Positions 45,970 through 57,779 are shown, counted from the stretch's first letter. The stretch: 64,000 nucleotides of DNA from Schizosaccharomyces osmophilus (GCF_027921745.1 NC_079240.1:868001-932000), one strand, 5' to 3'. The notes: generated by a model from the letters alone, not told the origin. Program-made: numbers and translations.

Positions 45970-48900
45970 TCAAGGTCGGCTAAGGTTTTCACGACGGAAG
46001 AAGGCTAAAAATCCGACACAAATTGCAAGTTGGCAAATTATGCAAATCCAGAAAGGAGCACTAGCAAGAATCGCTGAACCATCACCACGAGTCCATTTAG
46101 TAAAGTCAAGGAATACATTAGCGGGGCCAAGACGATTAGGAGCACCTGCACGTCCAATCATTGTAGCTGCGGCACCAATAATTTGACCGGTCATCAATGT
46201 GCTTGCAACGTGACGGCGAGTAAGTGTTTGTAGCAAAATCATACCAATACCGACATTTTGAACGGCATCCAAAACACCTAACCAAAGCCAAAGAGTACGG
46301 CCAAGATATGGTCCTGCCCTACCAGCCCAGGGCAAATACAAACCAATATTCGACGTCGCCCAGAATGTTTGAATCCATCTAGGTGCACCAAGCCCAACAC
46401 CAAAAACGCAAATAATCCAAGAGTGGGTCCGTGCAATCCAAGCTAAAAGACCAAGTAACATTGCCCATAATACAATAAAAAAGGCAATCATTAACAGGAA
46501 AATCTGCCACTGAGGAATCTCACTGAGATCCCAGAAGTATGACCATGAACGTGCACTTAAAGTAGAAAGCCAGAAATTCTGAAGGAAAACTGCAATGCAA
46601 AACCAAACAACAAGTTTTCTTCTTAGTAGAGACTTATAAAAAGCCGGAATAGTGCCCGACAATTGTCTATAGTATTGAGGCAACCCCCTGTAAAGGATGA
46701 ATGCAATAGCAACACAGGCCACACTCAAAGGCCAGGTGATGGCAGGAATGGCAGGACTAACCTTATAATCATTTGCATCACCTTCATTTTGTTTGTTATT
46801 TAGATGAGCACCCCAATACCATAAAGCAGCCGACCAAACTTGTTGAAGTCCTTGCACAAGGCAAGCACGGAATACCCATACCCGTGTTTGAACACTACCT
46901 TCTTCACCAAAGTTGAGGGAGAAGAAAATTGACCCACTAGCAGAACCAATTGAATAAACCCAAGCACCAACATTTGTTATCCATACTCTACCACCTGATA
47001 TGCGGTCAAATGCGGGCAGACCTACCAAAAACAAAGCAAGAGCGTAAAACAAAAATGGGCAAGACAAAACGTAATATGCGGGAACCTTTGAATAAATATA
47101 CCACCAGGCAAATGATGACGCGATAAAGAATCCGCAAATGGCATACAACTGGTAGGTCTTGATACTGCTAGTACCAGTGAAAAGGGTCAGTTGATAGGCA
47201 GTTGATGCAAGTATTTGACCTAAAGCAATAAACAGGGAATACACAGGCCAGTCATATATCTTATACAACATGAACTTTTGCAAACCGTGAATACTCTTAT
47301 ATCCAGAGTCCTCCTCCAATTGAGCATAGGATGGTGTCTCATCAGCTAAGCCGATAATATCATCATAAGAAGCATGACCATTGCTTAGAGACTCTTCGTC
47401 AGTGCCGGATTGAGAATTTGTAGCATTCACATGCAATTTGCTCGGTTTTTGCAAACCCAACTTGATCGCCCTCTTGTCGTGATAAAACATACGCTCCGAT
47501 TTCATAATGAACTGTTCAATACAAAGTTCATCTTTAGAGCTCTTGGCAGTGAGCCTTTGTAACTTATCTTGGAAAGTTTTGAGAGCTTTACCATCCTCAT
47601 CTCGAAAAATTTCTTCGACATTAGTTAAGGAGAAGTCTCGCTTTTCTTTTCCAGACATTACAGAGGCAAGACTTAAGCTAGAGTCCGTCTGAAGATTACC
47701 ATACGAGTAAGGACTGTTTCGTGGGTCACTTGCATAAGGAGCTAACGGGGGACTGAGTGCACCTGAATCTCTAGAGTGAGAAGCGTCGACCAATTCGTCC
47801 TGACTTAAGGTAGCACCCACTCCATGCTCGGGGTTAAAATTGCCCATTTGCGGACGGAAAGAGGGAGTATTTCTTATTGTAGTTTCATCATCGAATAAAT
47901 CATCATAATAGTAAGAGCGTTGGGGGTCAAATTCGTAATCAGCAGAATCGAAGCTATATTCAGAAGGAGAATGGTTCTCATCCTCCGCCGCAGCAGGAGA
48001 ATTAACGGAACCACCGGAATTAGAGTCACCACCATTCATACTCTCTTCTTGTATGGTATCCAATCCATCACTAGAGCCATCATTGCCTGCATGACCAGGG
48101 CCATGACGACTTCCCAGAGATAATGATCTACCAATATTAGCACCTCCTGAAGGAGCAGAATCTTCATTGCTCATCATTATCATCTCAGCTTCCTCTGCTC
48201 GTTTATCGGCTATACCATTATCATTAGGTTGGGGCAGAACATCCGAGGAGCGACTGAAAGACTCGTGAAGCAACGAATAGAAAGAAGAGCGAGCGCGTGA
48301 ATTGCGTCCAAACTTTTGGTTAGTCTTTATGCAACCATCAGTGAGTGCTTCCAACTTCGCGATCCATTGTGAAACAGGAAAACGTTGTTTGGCAGAACGA
48401 GCACGAAGCCTAGCTCTGGTACGCTGCGATGATGAGAGGGCCTGCTGACATGCTTGTTCAAATTGTTTAATTAAATGGGGAGTTGCACTAGACTCAACAG
48501 AATACCACCAGCCAGGCATTTGTCCCAAACCACCAACTTTAGCACCAATGCCCAAAGTACCTTTACGTCCAAATTCGACAGCAACCAAACCAAACGGTTC
48601 ATCACGACTAGGAATTAAGGCAAAATCGGCACCGGTAAAGATATAAGGAGGCAACTGAGTAAATTTAGGGCTGGAAAAAACACGAGTAGGATATTTCTTC
48701 ATTAGAAGGTCAAGTTTTTCCGCAGCGAACTTACCATAAAGATCAATGACGGGACCGACGCAAACTAACTGAACTTTGTATGACTCCAACAAAGAAGGGG
48801 CAATATCGGCAATCAAATCAACACCTTTTTGATTAGACCAGCGTCCAACGAATACCAATAAATCATATTTATCATTAACTTCTAAACCAGCCCATTCTTG

Positions 48901-51900
48901 AGCAAGTCTCTTATGCTCAACCTTGGTCTTTTCCATCTCCGGATCAACATTCACGACTTTTTCAGGCTTGTCCAAAACGTCCTCAGTATCAGTAGGATCG
49001 GGGTTGGGTAGCTTCCCAATTTTCTTTAATCCCCAGAAAATAGGATAACGAGCCCATGAACGTTTACCATATTTACTCGATACACCTACCGCACCAAAAC
49101 CTTTTTGGTGGATTCGAATGTAAGAAACAGCGCTATGAAGCAGATTAAAGACGTTTCCAAATTGAACATATCTGGAGCAAATCCTTCGGGGAATGTTGTA
49201 TACAGCGCATACTTCTTCTTTTTCCTCGGGTGTACGGAGAGGCCACAAACCTTGGAACTCAGCATTGTGAAGGGAAAGAGCAATGGGAACCACGTCAGGC
49301 AAAAGATAACATGGGGCAAGAGCGCCATGATAATCATTGATGTGATAAATATCAATAGGATTTCTACGAATGATCTCGGCAATACATTGATTCCAAGCAG
49401 AGTAAAAGATTGCTGAACCAAGATCATCCATACGTGCGGGATATGGTTCCACAGTGGTCTGTCGTCTAAAGACTGGAGCATCAAGTAAAACGTATTTGAT
49501 GTTATCCAGATAATGATGGTAGACGTTGATGGTATATGTCTGGTCAATTATTTTAACTTCGATTGGAGCTGCTTCCTCGGCTTCAGGGTAGACAATATCA
49601 CCAACACATGGAACCACCCAAACTAAATCTTGATGCTTAAGATTCTTAGCCATCAACTGAGCCATCACACCCAAACCACCAATCTTAATTCGAATTTGCC
49701 AATCAGTTATATCATATTCCAAAGTAGCAATCATGACGCATTTCTTCTTACGGGCTAAACCGCCAGCACCAGAATCATCAGCCATAGTAGGTTCACTCTT
49801 CTTCTTAAAAGGAACCAAGGTTTTAAGAGGATAGAATTTACCAAAGTCATCGTTACCGAATTTATTTAACTTGACAGTATAAAATGAGTTTTTGAACATC
49901 CATGAGACAAGAATAGCGCTAATAGGGGGCACAAGAATACACAACACATATATAGCAATCGACACACTCCATTCACCTGCAGGATACAATATGAAAAACA
50001 TTGCATCATCTCTAAAGCGAATTTTATAAGAAAGATGTGTCCCATTAGGACCTTCCTTAATTGTCACATTATTTGATATAAAGGAAGCGGGATCACTTCG
50101 ACTCAAAACGGATGAATTACCTTGACTTCCATAAACACGAGTTCTATCAGGCTTACCGCCCGGGTTCATACCCCAAACATTAAACTGAACAGTCGTAGGA
50201 TATTGAGCGGCAGTAAAGCCCAATTCCCATAGCGAGTTATCAATTTGTTTGAACTTATTTTCGATACCAGAATCATAACCATATTCATTGAAACTACCTT
50301 CCAAGAACATGTGGGGGAACAATCTGCGGAACTTAAAACCATGATCACCCTGTTGCATGTAATTAGCGGAAGCAGTCAATTCACTCCAATATTGAACATG
50401 AACATGCTCTCCTTCCCAACCTTGATCCTTTGTACCTGTCCAGTTCGTTGGTTGCAACTTCGTCATTCCACCGTTATAATCCAACCAATTACTCCAACTA
50501 GACTGAAAGTCCCTACTATACCTAAATTTTTCGGCTCCTGGAGCAGAATGATTCACATAAAAATCGTTATCCTTCTTTACTAACAAAGCGGATGAGTAGT
50601 TTGCGGCATAAAACACAAGAGGATTATCTCTCTTGCCAACTCGGAAGAGGAAATTATCTTGCGCCAATGTTGAAGAAGAATTATCAGAAGTCGTGGCCGG
50701 ACCGATCGAAACACGATGAATACCTTCATGAACATTCGTAAGTTTAGCAGACCATTGGAAAACACCTGGTGACTGAGCTAATAGTAATCCACTTTTAACA
50801 ATGTTTGAATCAGACAAGTTTTTACAAGACACAGAACCATCCACATAACGAGCAGTTTTGTTTGTCGGGCGAGTAGAAGATTGGATATTCAGTGAATTTG
50901 TAATCGAGTCACAATCCATTCTACGGGAAAACTCAATATGAATGTCAATCTCTTCGCTATTATAATCTAATCTTGCATCGTGGCTAGGAGTTAATTTTGT
51001 AATCACGGGGTCATTCTCAACAAAATCATCAGTAGGCACAAGGAGCTTAAACTCATATGGTTCGAAGGTAACACTTGGTAGACAGCCCCAAGTCTTGTTC
51101 CAAGAGTCTTGGAGCTGGTGCTTGTCATAAGGGTAAATAAGATTCTGCACGGTAGTACCAGCCTTCCAAGGACCGATAATTGCATCGCTCTTGCTGTTAC
51201 AATCATACTTCCAAGTATAAGTGTCATTTCTATTGGCGAACAAGCTCCATACCCGAGATTTTTTATGGGTGTCAGTATTGTTTAATGTGTCATAATGTTG
51301 GAATTGGATACCATCCATTGGACCACGCAAAATACTGTACAAACCCATTGCGGTGGCATAAGGTTGACTATCGGGGAAATAGACATCGTCTACCCATTTT
51401 GCAATCATATCGAAACCATAGCCATCACTCAAACTATAATAATGACGACGAATAGAATTTAGATTCATATACACGTTGTGAAGACCTGAGGCTACATCAA
51501 AGTGATCGAGATAGTTCCAAGGATCTTTGCAACCATTGTTGGCGGGAGACCAATCGGCCCTTGGATAAGAAGCCGCCTTGCCATAATAGCAGCCATGAAT
51601 ATACCACGCTCTCGCACTGTTCATAGCCTGACGGCCGTAAAGATAATTATCTGCACTATTATCCAAAACGTACATGCCCTGTTCGTCACCATAGTACAAC
51701 AATGGAATACCAGGGAACATCAGTGTGGTAATCATTGTTCCCAAAATGGCCCTTCCGGTACCGTTTGTTAGTGAACCCCAACGGAACAAATCGTTGTTAG
51801 TTATACCAAGCATATTGCGAGCATCAATTTTACCGGTGTTCATATTGACTGCATCTTCGTTTATTTGAATTTGCTTCCAAGCTTCGGTGAACGTAGAAGG

Positions 51901-53175
51901 AGTGTCATAATCAATTTCAACCTTTGAATCCATACCAAGGAATCGAACGAGAGAACGATAAATGGAATAATGAAAGGCAGATGAGTCGAAACCAGCGTGA
52001 TTTTTATCACGTAAGGAATATTTGTTATCATCACTGGTAAGGTTATAAGCGATTGTAGCATTGGAAGGGCGTTGATCTGGTTTGCGACCACGATTGTAGT
52101 AAATGGAGCCATAACTAGAAGAACCAGTAACTTCACCAACAATGAGGAAGTTATCCTTATTGTATTTGCGGGCACAATTACGCACAAACATGGACCAATC
52201 AGCGATAAAATCAACGGTCATCTGGGTAGCCTTATCGATACGGAAACCATCAACATCCAACATGGAAATGACCAAGCACGACAAGTGCTCTAAGCGTATA
52301 GCAACGTTTGGGTTCCAATCACGAAGACGATCTTGTACAGAAGCGAACTTTGACAGTTGACGCTGCCAGTCAGCGTGAGCGCCGAAAGCCTCAGTATCAC
52401 CGTACTGATCGAAATCAGAGTCGTAACAACCTTTATATTGCAAAGTAACTGGACTACCATCTTCTCCCCAGAATTGGGGATACTCACAGGATGTATTATA
52501 GACATTATTAAAACTGAAATCAGCATATCTCTGGCCTGTCTTCCACATGGAATTGTATTCGTTCAACGTGAACGGAACACCGCCAGTATCATTGAGATGA
52601 CCGACTGTGCCAACCAAATCAGCAAGGGTAGCGACAGTAAGATCGAGAATCAAATACATGTTTCTGCTGTGAATTGCATTGATGGTCGAACGCCACTGAT
52701 CGATAGTTCCGGTATGATGATCTAAGATGGTATAATCAAGAGGAGAAAACTGATCATAACCCCAAGGCTGATTTTGAAAAGGAGTACCAGCAAGATAAAT
52801 ACCCCTAATACCGAGAGCTTGGATATAGTCTAAAGACAGTTCCAGACCGACTATATCACCACCATTACGGAAAGAAACTTCAAAAATATCATTTTCAAAA
52901 GGTGTTCCCATAATATCATTGTTTAACGGGTCACCATCATACCAACGATCCAGAATAATAGCAATAAAGTTGATACGCCAATTGTCCGGGCTCGGGAAAA
53001 ACTCATGATGTTCCCATTCACCTGAATAATCAAGAATGTCAGTAGCATTCTTGTTTGTATTCAAATTCCAAGGTTCTTCCGATTCACTATATGGCGCGGC
53101 ATATGTAAAAGGAAGAAACAGGAGTAGAAAAGCAGTGATGGCTTTTAAAAACCATAATTCGCGTATACCATGCAT
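45970..53175 (-). CDS. ags1: Cell wall alpha-1,3-glucan synthase (Ags1/Mok1), 2401 aa
   Basis: Signal peptide, GH13-like ectodomain (DGFRIDKATQ), TM segment, GT5/starch-synthase-like domain (KIGGLG, PSRDEPFGLVAVE) and C-terminal multi-TM region ending RRENLSRP. Confidence 0.95.
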   Translation of the reverse strand: MHGIRELWFLKAITAFLLLFLPFTYAAPYSESEEPWNLNTNKNATDILDYSGEWEHHEFFPSPDNWRINFIAIILDRWYDGDPLNNDIMGTPFENDIFEVSFRNGGDIVGLELSLDYIQALGIRGIYLAGTPFQNQPWGYDQFSPLDYTILDHHTGTIDQWRSTINAIHSRNMYLILDLTVATLADLVGTVGHLNDTGGVPFTLNEYNSMWKTGQRYADFSFNNVYNTSCEYPQFWGEDGSPVTLQYKGCYDSDFDQYGDTEAFGAHADWQRQLSKFASVQDRLRDWNPNVAIRLEHLSCLVISMLDVDGFRIDKATQMTVDFIADWSMFVRNCARKYNKDNFLIVGEVTGSSSYGSIYYNRGRKPDQRPSNATIAYNLTSDDNKYSLRDKNHAGFDSSAFHYSIYRSLVRFLGMDSKVEIDYDTPSTFTEAWKQIQINEDAVNMNTGKIDARNMLGITNNDLFRWGSLTNGTGRAILGTMITTLMFPGIPLLYYGDEQGMYVLDNSADNYLYGRQAMNSARAWYIHGCYYGKAASYPRADWSPANNGCKDPWNYLDHFDVASGLHNVYMNLNSIRRHYYSLSDGYGFDMIAKWVDDVYFPDSQPYATAMGLYSILRGPMDGIQFQHYDTLNNTDTHKKSRVWSLFANRNDTYTWKYDCNSKSDAIIGPWKAGTTVQNLIYPYDKHQLQDSWNKTWGCLPSVTFEPYEFKLLVPTDDFVENDPVITKLTPSHDARLDYNSEEIDIHIEFSRRMDCDSITNSLNIQSSTRPTNKTARYVDGSVSCKNLSDSNIVKSGLLLAQSPGVFQWSAKLTNVHEGIHRVSIGPATTSDNSSSTLAQDNFLFRVGKRDNPLVFYAANYSSALLVKKDNDFYVNHSAPGAEKFRYSRDFQSSWSNWLDYNGGMTKLQPTNWTGTKDQGWEGEHVHVQYWSELTASANYMQQGDHGFKFRRLFPHMFLEGSFNEYGYDSGIENKFKQIDNSLWELGFTAAQYPTTVQFNVWGMNPGGKPDRTRVYGSQGNSSVLSRSDPASFISNNVTIKEGPNGTHLSYKIRFRDDAMFFILYPAGEWSVSIAIYVLCILVPPISAILVSWMFKNSFYTVKLNKFGNDDFGKFYPLKTLVPFKKKSEPTMADDSGAGGLARKKKCVMIATLEYDITDWQIRIKIGGLGVMAQLMAKNLKHQDLVWVVPCVGDIVYPEAEEAAPIEVKIIDQTYTINVYHHYLDNIKYVLLDAPVFRRQTTVEPYPARMDDLGSAIFYSAWNQCIAEIIRRNPIDIYHINDYHGALAPCYLLPDVVPIALSLHNAEFQGLWPLRTPEEKEEVCAVYNIPRRICSRYVQFGNVFNLLHSAVSYIRIHQKGFGAVGVSSKYGKRSWARYPIFWGLKKIGKLPNPDPTDTEDVLDKPEKVVNVDPEMEKTKVEHKRLAQEWAGLEVNDKYDLLVFVGRWSNQKGVDLIADIAPSLLESYKVQLVCVGPVIDLYGKFAAEKLDLLMKKYPTRVFSSPKFTQLPPYIFTGADFALIPSRDEPFGLVAVEFGRKGTLGIGAKVGGLGQMPGWWYSVESSATPHLIKQFEQACQQALSSSQRTRARLRARSAKQRFPVSQWIAKLEALTDGCIKTNQKFGRNSRARSSFYSLLHESFSRSSDVLPQPNDNGIADKRAEEAEMIMMSNEDSAPSGGANIGRSLSLGSRHGPGHAGNDGSSDGLDTIQEESMNGGDSNSGGSVNSPAAAEDENHSPSEYSFDSADYEFDPQRSYYYDDLFDDETTIRNTPSFRPQMGNFNPEHGVGATLSQDELVDASHSRDSGALSPPLAPYASDPRNSPYSYGNLQTDSSLSLASVMSGKEKRDFSLTNVEEIFRDEDGKALKTFQDKLQRLTAKSSKDELCIEQFIMKSERMFYHDKRAIKLGLQKPSKLHVNATNSQSGTDEESLSNGHASYDDIIGLADETPSYAQLEEDSGYKSIHGLQKFMLYKIYDWPVYSLFIALGQILASTAYQLTLFTGTSSIKTYQLYAICGFFIASSFAWWYIYSKVPAYYVLSCPFLFYALALFLVGLPAFDRISGGRVWITNVGAWVYSIGSASGSIFFSLNFGEEGSVQTRVWVFRACLVQGLQQVWSAALWYWGAHLNNKQNEGDANDYKVSPAIPAITWPLSVACVAIAFILYRGLPQYYRQLSGTIPAFYKSLLRRKLVVWFCIAVFLQNFWLSTLSARSWSYFWDLSEIPQWQIFLLMIAFFIVLWAMLLGLLAWIARTHSWIICVFGVGLGAPRWIQTFWATSNIGLYLPWAGRAGPYLGRTLWLWLGVLDAVQNVGIGMILLQTLTRRHVASTLMTGQIIGAAATMIGRAGAPNRLGPANVFLDFTKWTRGDGSAILASAPFWICIICQLAICVGFLAFFRRENLSRP

Positions 53176-55011
53176 AAGAAGTAATTTCGTAAAGAGCGGA
53201 GAATAGGAATCAAAAGTTCAAGATAAATTGGATAAAAAAGGTATCAAACGAGAGTAGAGTTATATATGAGAAAAATGAAGGAAAAGGATATCAGACGGAT
53301 GAAAAGAAAAAATGGACTTTTTTAATGCAAAAATATAAAAAATAGAGGGTTTCAACTTGAGAGGGAACCCGAATTTTGAAGAAAAAAGGATAAGAAAGAA
53401 AGATGCAAATGAAAAAGAAGGAAATTTATGAAAAAGAAAGTGAAAGGACAGATGCGAAACGGTTTACAACCAACCAAACAAAGTTGCAAAACCCTAGGGA
53501 TGAAAGAAAGGAATGAATAAGGACAAATCCCTTTGTTTAAGAGTTAATCGTAACCAATTTTTGCTCGCACAAAAGTCAAAGCTGCAAAAACGCAACGCTG
53601 GATGCTTTTGGGAAACAAACCAACGGTTAAAAAGGGGAGGACGAAAGAAAATCTAAGGAAAGTAAAAGCGACTAGAAATCCAAAAGATTTCCCTTCCAAA
53701 GTTTGATATTGCAAACGTTTTGAAAAGATAAAGCGATGAAAGATATACACAAGTGTCAACCAATCGACGCTCAGCAGGGGGCGTCCTGAGAATTAAAAAG
53801 ATGAATGCAAGGGAAATAAAATCAGCAAGAAACTGCCAAAGGAAGGAGAGAAAAAGGAAGATTCTCAACAACCAAAGAAAGAAATGAAAACAAAAAAGAT
53901 TCCAAAAAGATGAAAATTATCTATGCAAAGAAATACCGGAAAATTAGATACGTGCAGGAGAAGTAGATATCTTCCTGCAGAAAATTCTTAGCTTGAGGAA
54001 ACGAAAGAAGCCACAAAGCTGAAGAAAAAAAGTAAAGAAAAGAAAGCTAATTTTCTTGGGACGGCGGAGTATCAGAAACAAAGAATAAATCGTTTGAATC
54101 CTCTAGAAATCGCCGTTATCCTTCTTTGTATAGGTTTTCGTGGTGTTTGGTTGTGGTGGGAAGAAGAATATCCCAGATTCAATGAGAGCACAGCCAACAT
54201 AGTGTTTCCCATTAAAAAACCAATAAAATACTCATCTGTGTTAATGTAACCCAAGCGTTTCCAGGACAACACGATAAGTAGAGAATGTGGTATACTGACC
54301 TTCTAAATTCATTCTTAAACCAATATTGAGACATCCAACGAAAACGAAAGAAGATGATATCGTATTCACTAAACCATCCACTCAGTATGAGTCCTTCTTC
54401 ATACTGACATACTGTGTGACTAAGACAAGAGGAAGCGTTGCGTAGTAGCGGGAAAGGTCAGATAAGAGATACTCAACTACGGGCGCGCAGACACAAACAG
54501 AGAATTATAAAGTAACTTAACTACCAAAAAATTTTGTCTGAAGACTCACTACAACCTTTAAAATTCGTTTCGTATTTCCTTGTCCTTGTCCTTTCCTGTT
54601 TCTTCTTCTGGGTAACAATTATTATTGTTACTTGCTGCTTCGATTCGCCGTCCTTGTGAATGTCTTTTGATATGCAATGTCATATTGACGTGGGAAGATT
54701 ACGAGTTATTTTTTGGAATTGATATAAGGTAACAGAAGCATATTGTACTCTGTGAATGTAGCTTTAGAAAAGCAAGGAGAAAGGGTAAATAAGCAGTAGA
54801 AAAAAGCGCAAAGAGAACAAAAGTGGTCGAGGTTTCTTTTTTTTTTTTTATAATCGCAATTTATGAAAAAAAGAATAAAATGAATAGAGTGAAAATAATA
54901 GTTTTTTGAGTCTGAAAGAATTCTGGTTTCCTTGGGTTGGTGGCTTTACGTAGAGATTAAAATTAAAGAAAAATAAAAAAGAGTTAGGAGGAGAACCGTC
55001 AAGCGGTATAC

Positions 55012-55048
55012 CTGATTTCTGATTTCTGATTTCTGATCCTTGATTCTT
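55012..55048. repeat. Short heptamer tandem repeat (CTGATTT)n, degenerating
   Basis: CTGATTTCTGATTTCTGATTTCTGATCCTTGATTCTT. Confidence 0.6.
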
Positions 55049-55696
55049 AAATCGTTCTTTCTGAAAGCTGGAAAAGCTGGAGGAACGAATGAACCGGTTT
55101 CCTAGCTCATATCGGATGGTGAATGAAAGAAATCATATGCTTCCTTTCTCGGAATCTCACACGAAGCATACCATCACCCAATTCTGGTTCCACCCTTCGT
55201 CCTAATATGCATGCATGGCATAGAAAGATACAAGGAAACCAGATTTCAAACATTTCCTTTCGCTACGAATTCTTATAAATTTCTATTATATTTCTTTCTC
55301 CTTTCTTTTATTATACAAATGAATCCATATTTGTTTCTTAACAAACCTGCCCTTCCTCCATTCCCATGCAATTCAATATCAACCTTAGATGTTTCACTCG
55401 TGAAAAATATCACTCGCCACGTAACCCATGAAAAAAAAAAAAAAAATAAAAGAAAAAAAAAGGAAAATTATCAAATGCCGTCTTCTCATCAAGTGTTATT
55501 CTATGATTCTTCTTTCATTCATTACTTAATGACTCATTACGTGGATAAACATCAGAGAAATGCGCTAAGGCTATATAAATAGCATAGAAAGGAAAGGGCC
55601 AAAGCATCTAAATCCGTGAATATTTATAGTAAACAAAGGTTTCTTTTCCCTTTTCCCTTTTCCCTTTTTTTTTTAATTTGCTAAATAAGATCAATC

Positions 55697-56560
55697 ATGT
55701 CTGAACCCGTACCTACCACTGATACTCAAGACTGGCCTGGTCATCACAAAGACTTAAATCCTCAGCCTGATTTACTGACATACCGTGATGGAAGAGAACA
55801 TGTTGGTACCGGAAAATTGAAGAACAAGCGCAGCTTAATTACTGGAGGAGACTCTGGAATTGGTAAAGCCGCCGCACTTATGTTTGCTCGTGAAGGCAGT
55901 GATATCGTGATCACTTGCTTACCAGAAGAGCGCCATGATGCAGAGCATACCAAGCAAATGATAGAAAAAGAAGGTCGCAAGTGCTTTTATTTAGCTACTG
56001 ATCTCAGTTCTGCTGAAAACTGCAGAAAGCTGGTTCACTTCACAGTCGAAAAGTTGGGAGGCATCGATGTCCTCGTAAATAACGCTGGTTTCCAGAAAAT
56101 CGCAAATACCATTGAAGACATCTCCGATGAACAATGGGACTTTACCTTTAAAACCAACATCTATTCTTTCTTTTGGATCACAAAGGCCGCCCTTAAGCAC
56201 ATGAAGCCTGGTAGTTCCATCGTCAATGCTGCTAGTATTAACGCCTATGTCGGACGACCCGACTTGTCAGATTATACATCCACGAAGGGTGCAATCGTAA
56301 GCTTCACGAGAGCCGTGAGTAATCAATATGCCAGCCGTGGCATTCGTGTCAACGCCGTTGCCCCAGGCCCTATATATACGCCGCTTGTCCAATCTACATT
56401 TCCTTCAGAAATGATTGAGATCTCAAATCAAGTACCTATGGGACGCATGGGCCAGCCCTCTGAAGTGGCTTCCTGTTATCTTTTCTTGGCTTGCTCTGAA
56501 GCTGGATATATTACCGGCCAAACAATTCACGTCAACGGTGGTACCGTTGTAAATGGCTAA
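55697..56560 (+). CDS. Short-chain dehydrogenase/reductase (stress-induced YhdF/glucose-dehydrogenase-like subfamily)
   Basis: Motifs [14 protein letters not shown], catalytic YTSTK, and [24 protein letters not shown] at 55572-55579 and ATGACTCAT at 55529-55537 lie upstream. Confidence 0.93.
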   Translation: MSEPVPTTDTQDWPGHHKDLNPQPDLLTYRDGREHVGTGKLKNKRSLITGGDSGIGKAAALMFAREGSDIVITCLPEERHDAEHTKQMIEKEGRKCFYLATDLSSAENCRKLVHFTVEKLGGIDVLVNNAGFQKIANTIEDISDEQWDFTFKTNIYSFFWITKAALKHMKPGSSIVNAASINAYVGRPDLSDYTSTKGAIVSFTRAVSNQYASRGIRVNAVAPGPIYTPLVQSTFPSEMIEISNQVPMGRMGQPSEVASCYLFLACSEAGYITGQTIHVNGGTVVNG

Positions 56561-56914
56561 AAAGCATACTGTCACGTTTTGAACCTTTTAAATAGTGTAC
56601 ATTAAAAGCAGAAAGCATTATGATGGTTAATGATTATACGGTGATACGAGTGTTTTCAAATAATATTTGTTTGTGAGTAACGGGTTTTTCGTTAGCAAGT
56701 TTCCGTTTTGTCTGTAATTCCTTTGTTTTTCAAGGCCTCAATATTTATTAGTATAAACCTTTTTTGATAAATCACTTTTCAAACGGTAAAGATCAATTTC
56801 GATAGTGTCATTTTGGTAGTATTGCAATGCAGAGTTTTGCATGATCCTCTACCAATGTTTACGTCTAAAAACAGCGAAGCATTGGTTTTTATATACATGG
56901 TCATTTTTTACAAC

Positions 56915-56948
56915 AGTTGTCATTGTTTACTTGTAAACAATGACAACT
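56915..56948. repeat. Perfect inverted repeat, 16-bp arms with a 2-nt spacer, containing two forkhead GTAAACAA cores
   Basis: AGTTGTCATTGTTTAC-TT-GTAAACAATGACAACT. Confidence 0.85.
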
Positions 56949-57419
56949 ATGTAGAAACCTACACAACTAGGCGACCACAATATACAAGTCTTTTGTATTA
57001 CACTACTAGGTTCATGAAACATTGTAGTTTTAATACTAAACCAAGATTTAAAGTGGCTCTTCAATGTTTCGCATTTAAAAGGCTTGCCCTGATTTCATGA
57101 AAGAATTTTTGGTATATACAAATATCATTTGTTTATTTGTTTACATAAAGGAAATCTGCATGCTAAGGAGTCGTCGCTTTTACCAACTGGGATTTTACCT
57201 ATAGATTTGAAGGATTCTCATTTAAAAACCATAAAATACATATTTATTCACTTTGCTGCGGCTATTTATGCCTTGAGAATATCTAATTGTCGCATCCTCA
57301 TTTCTTCAATTGGTAAAGAGAAAAAGGAGCCAGTTTATTGAAAAACATTCAGAAATTTAAAAAGTATCTCACTTTCACTATATTGTCTTCTATAATCTTT
57401 TGTATTCATATTTTATTCG

Positions 57420-57779
57420 ATGAGTCCGAAAGAATTCTTTCAATGGATTGTATGCATCATAAAGGACTTGTTCGCAAAATGTACGTTGGTTTTCAAAAAA
57501 AAAAGGCCTGCGACAAAATGCGTTCAAGATGACATTGGTTTACGATCGCTGTTCTTTGTCTCTGAGAATTCGTCTGCAGAGGCATTAACTTTGCCAACTG
57601 ACGCAAGCGAAGAAAGGACTCTTACTGGAATGTCTGAAAAAGGAAGAGTTTATTCCCTCTCTGTAAAGTCTCAGAAAATCAATGTTTTTCTCAGCTGCAA
57701 CAACACTGTACCCCAGCAGGCAGAGCTTTGTGAGCTAAGTACTGAACGTGAATCTCCTCGTAATCTAAAATCCACATAA
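57420..57779 (+). CDS. Orphan 119-aa ORF, possible positional counterpart of S. pombe mug112
   Basis: ATG-initiated ORF with a hydrophobic N-terminus, in an otherwise empty 1.8-kb interval upstream of cid2. I recognise no domain. Confidence 0.45.
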   Translation: MSPKEFFQWIVCIIKDLFAKCTLVFKKKRPATKCVQDDIGLRSLFFVSENSSAEALTLPTDASEERTLTGMSEKGRVYSLSVKSQKINVFLSCNNTVPQQAELCELSTERESPRNLKST

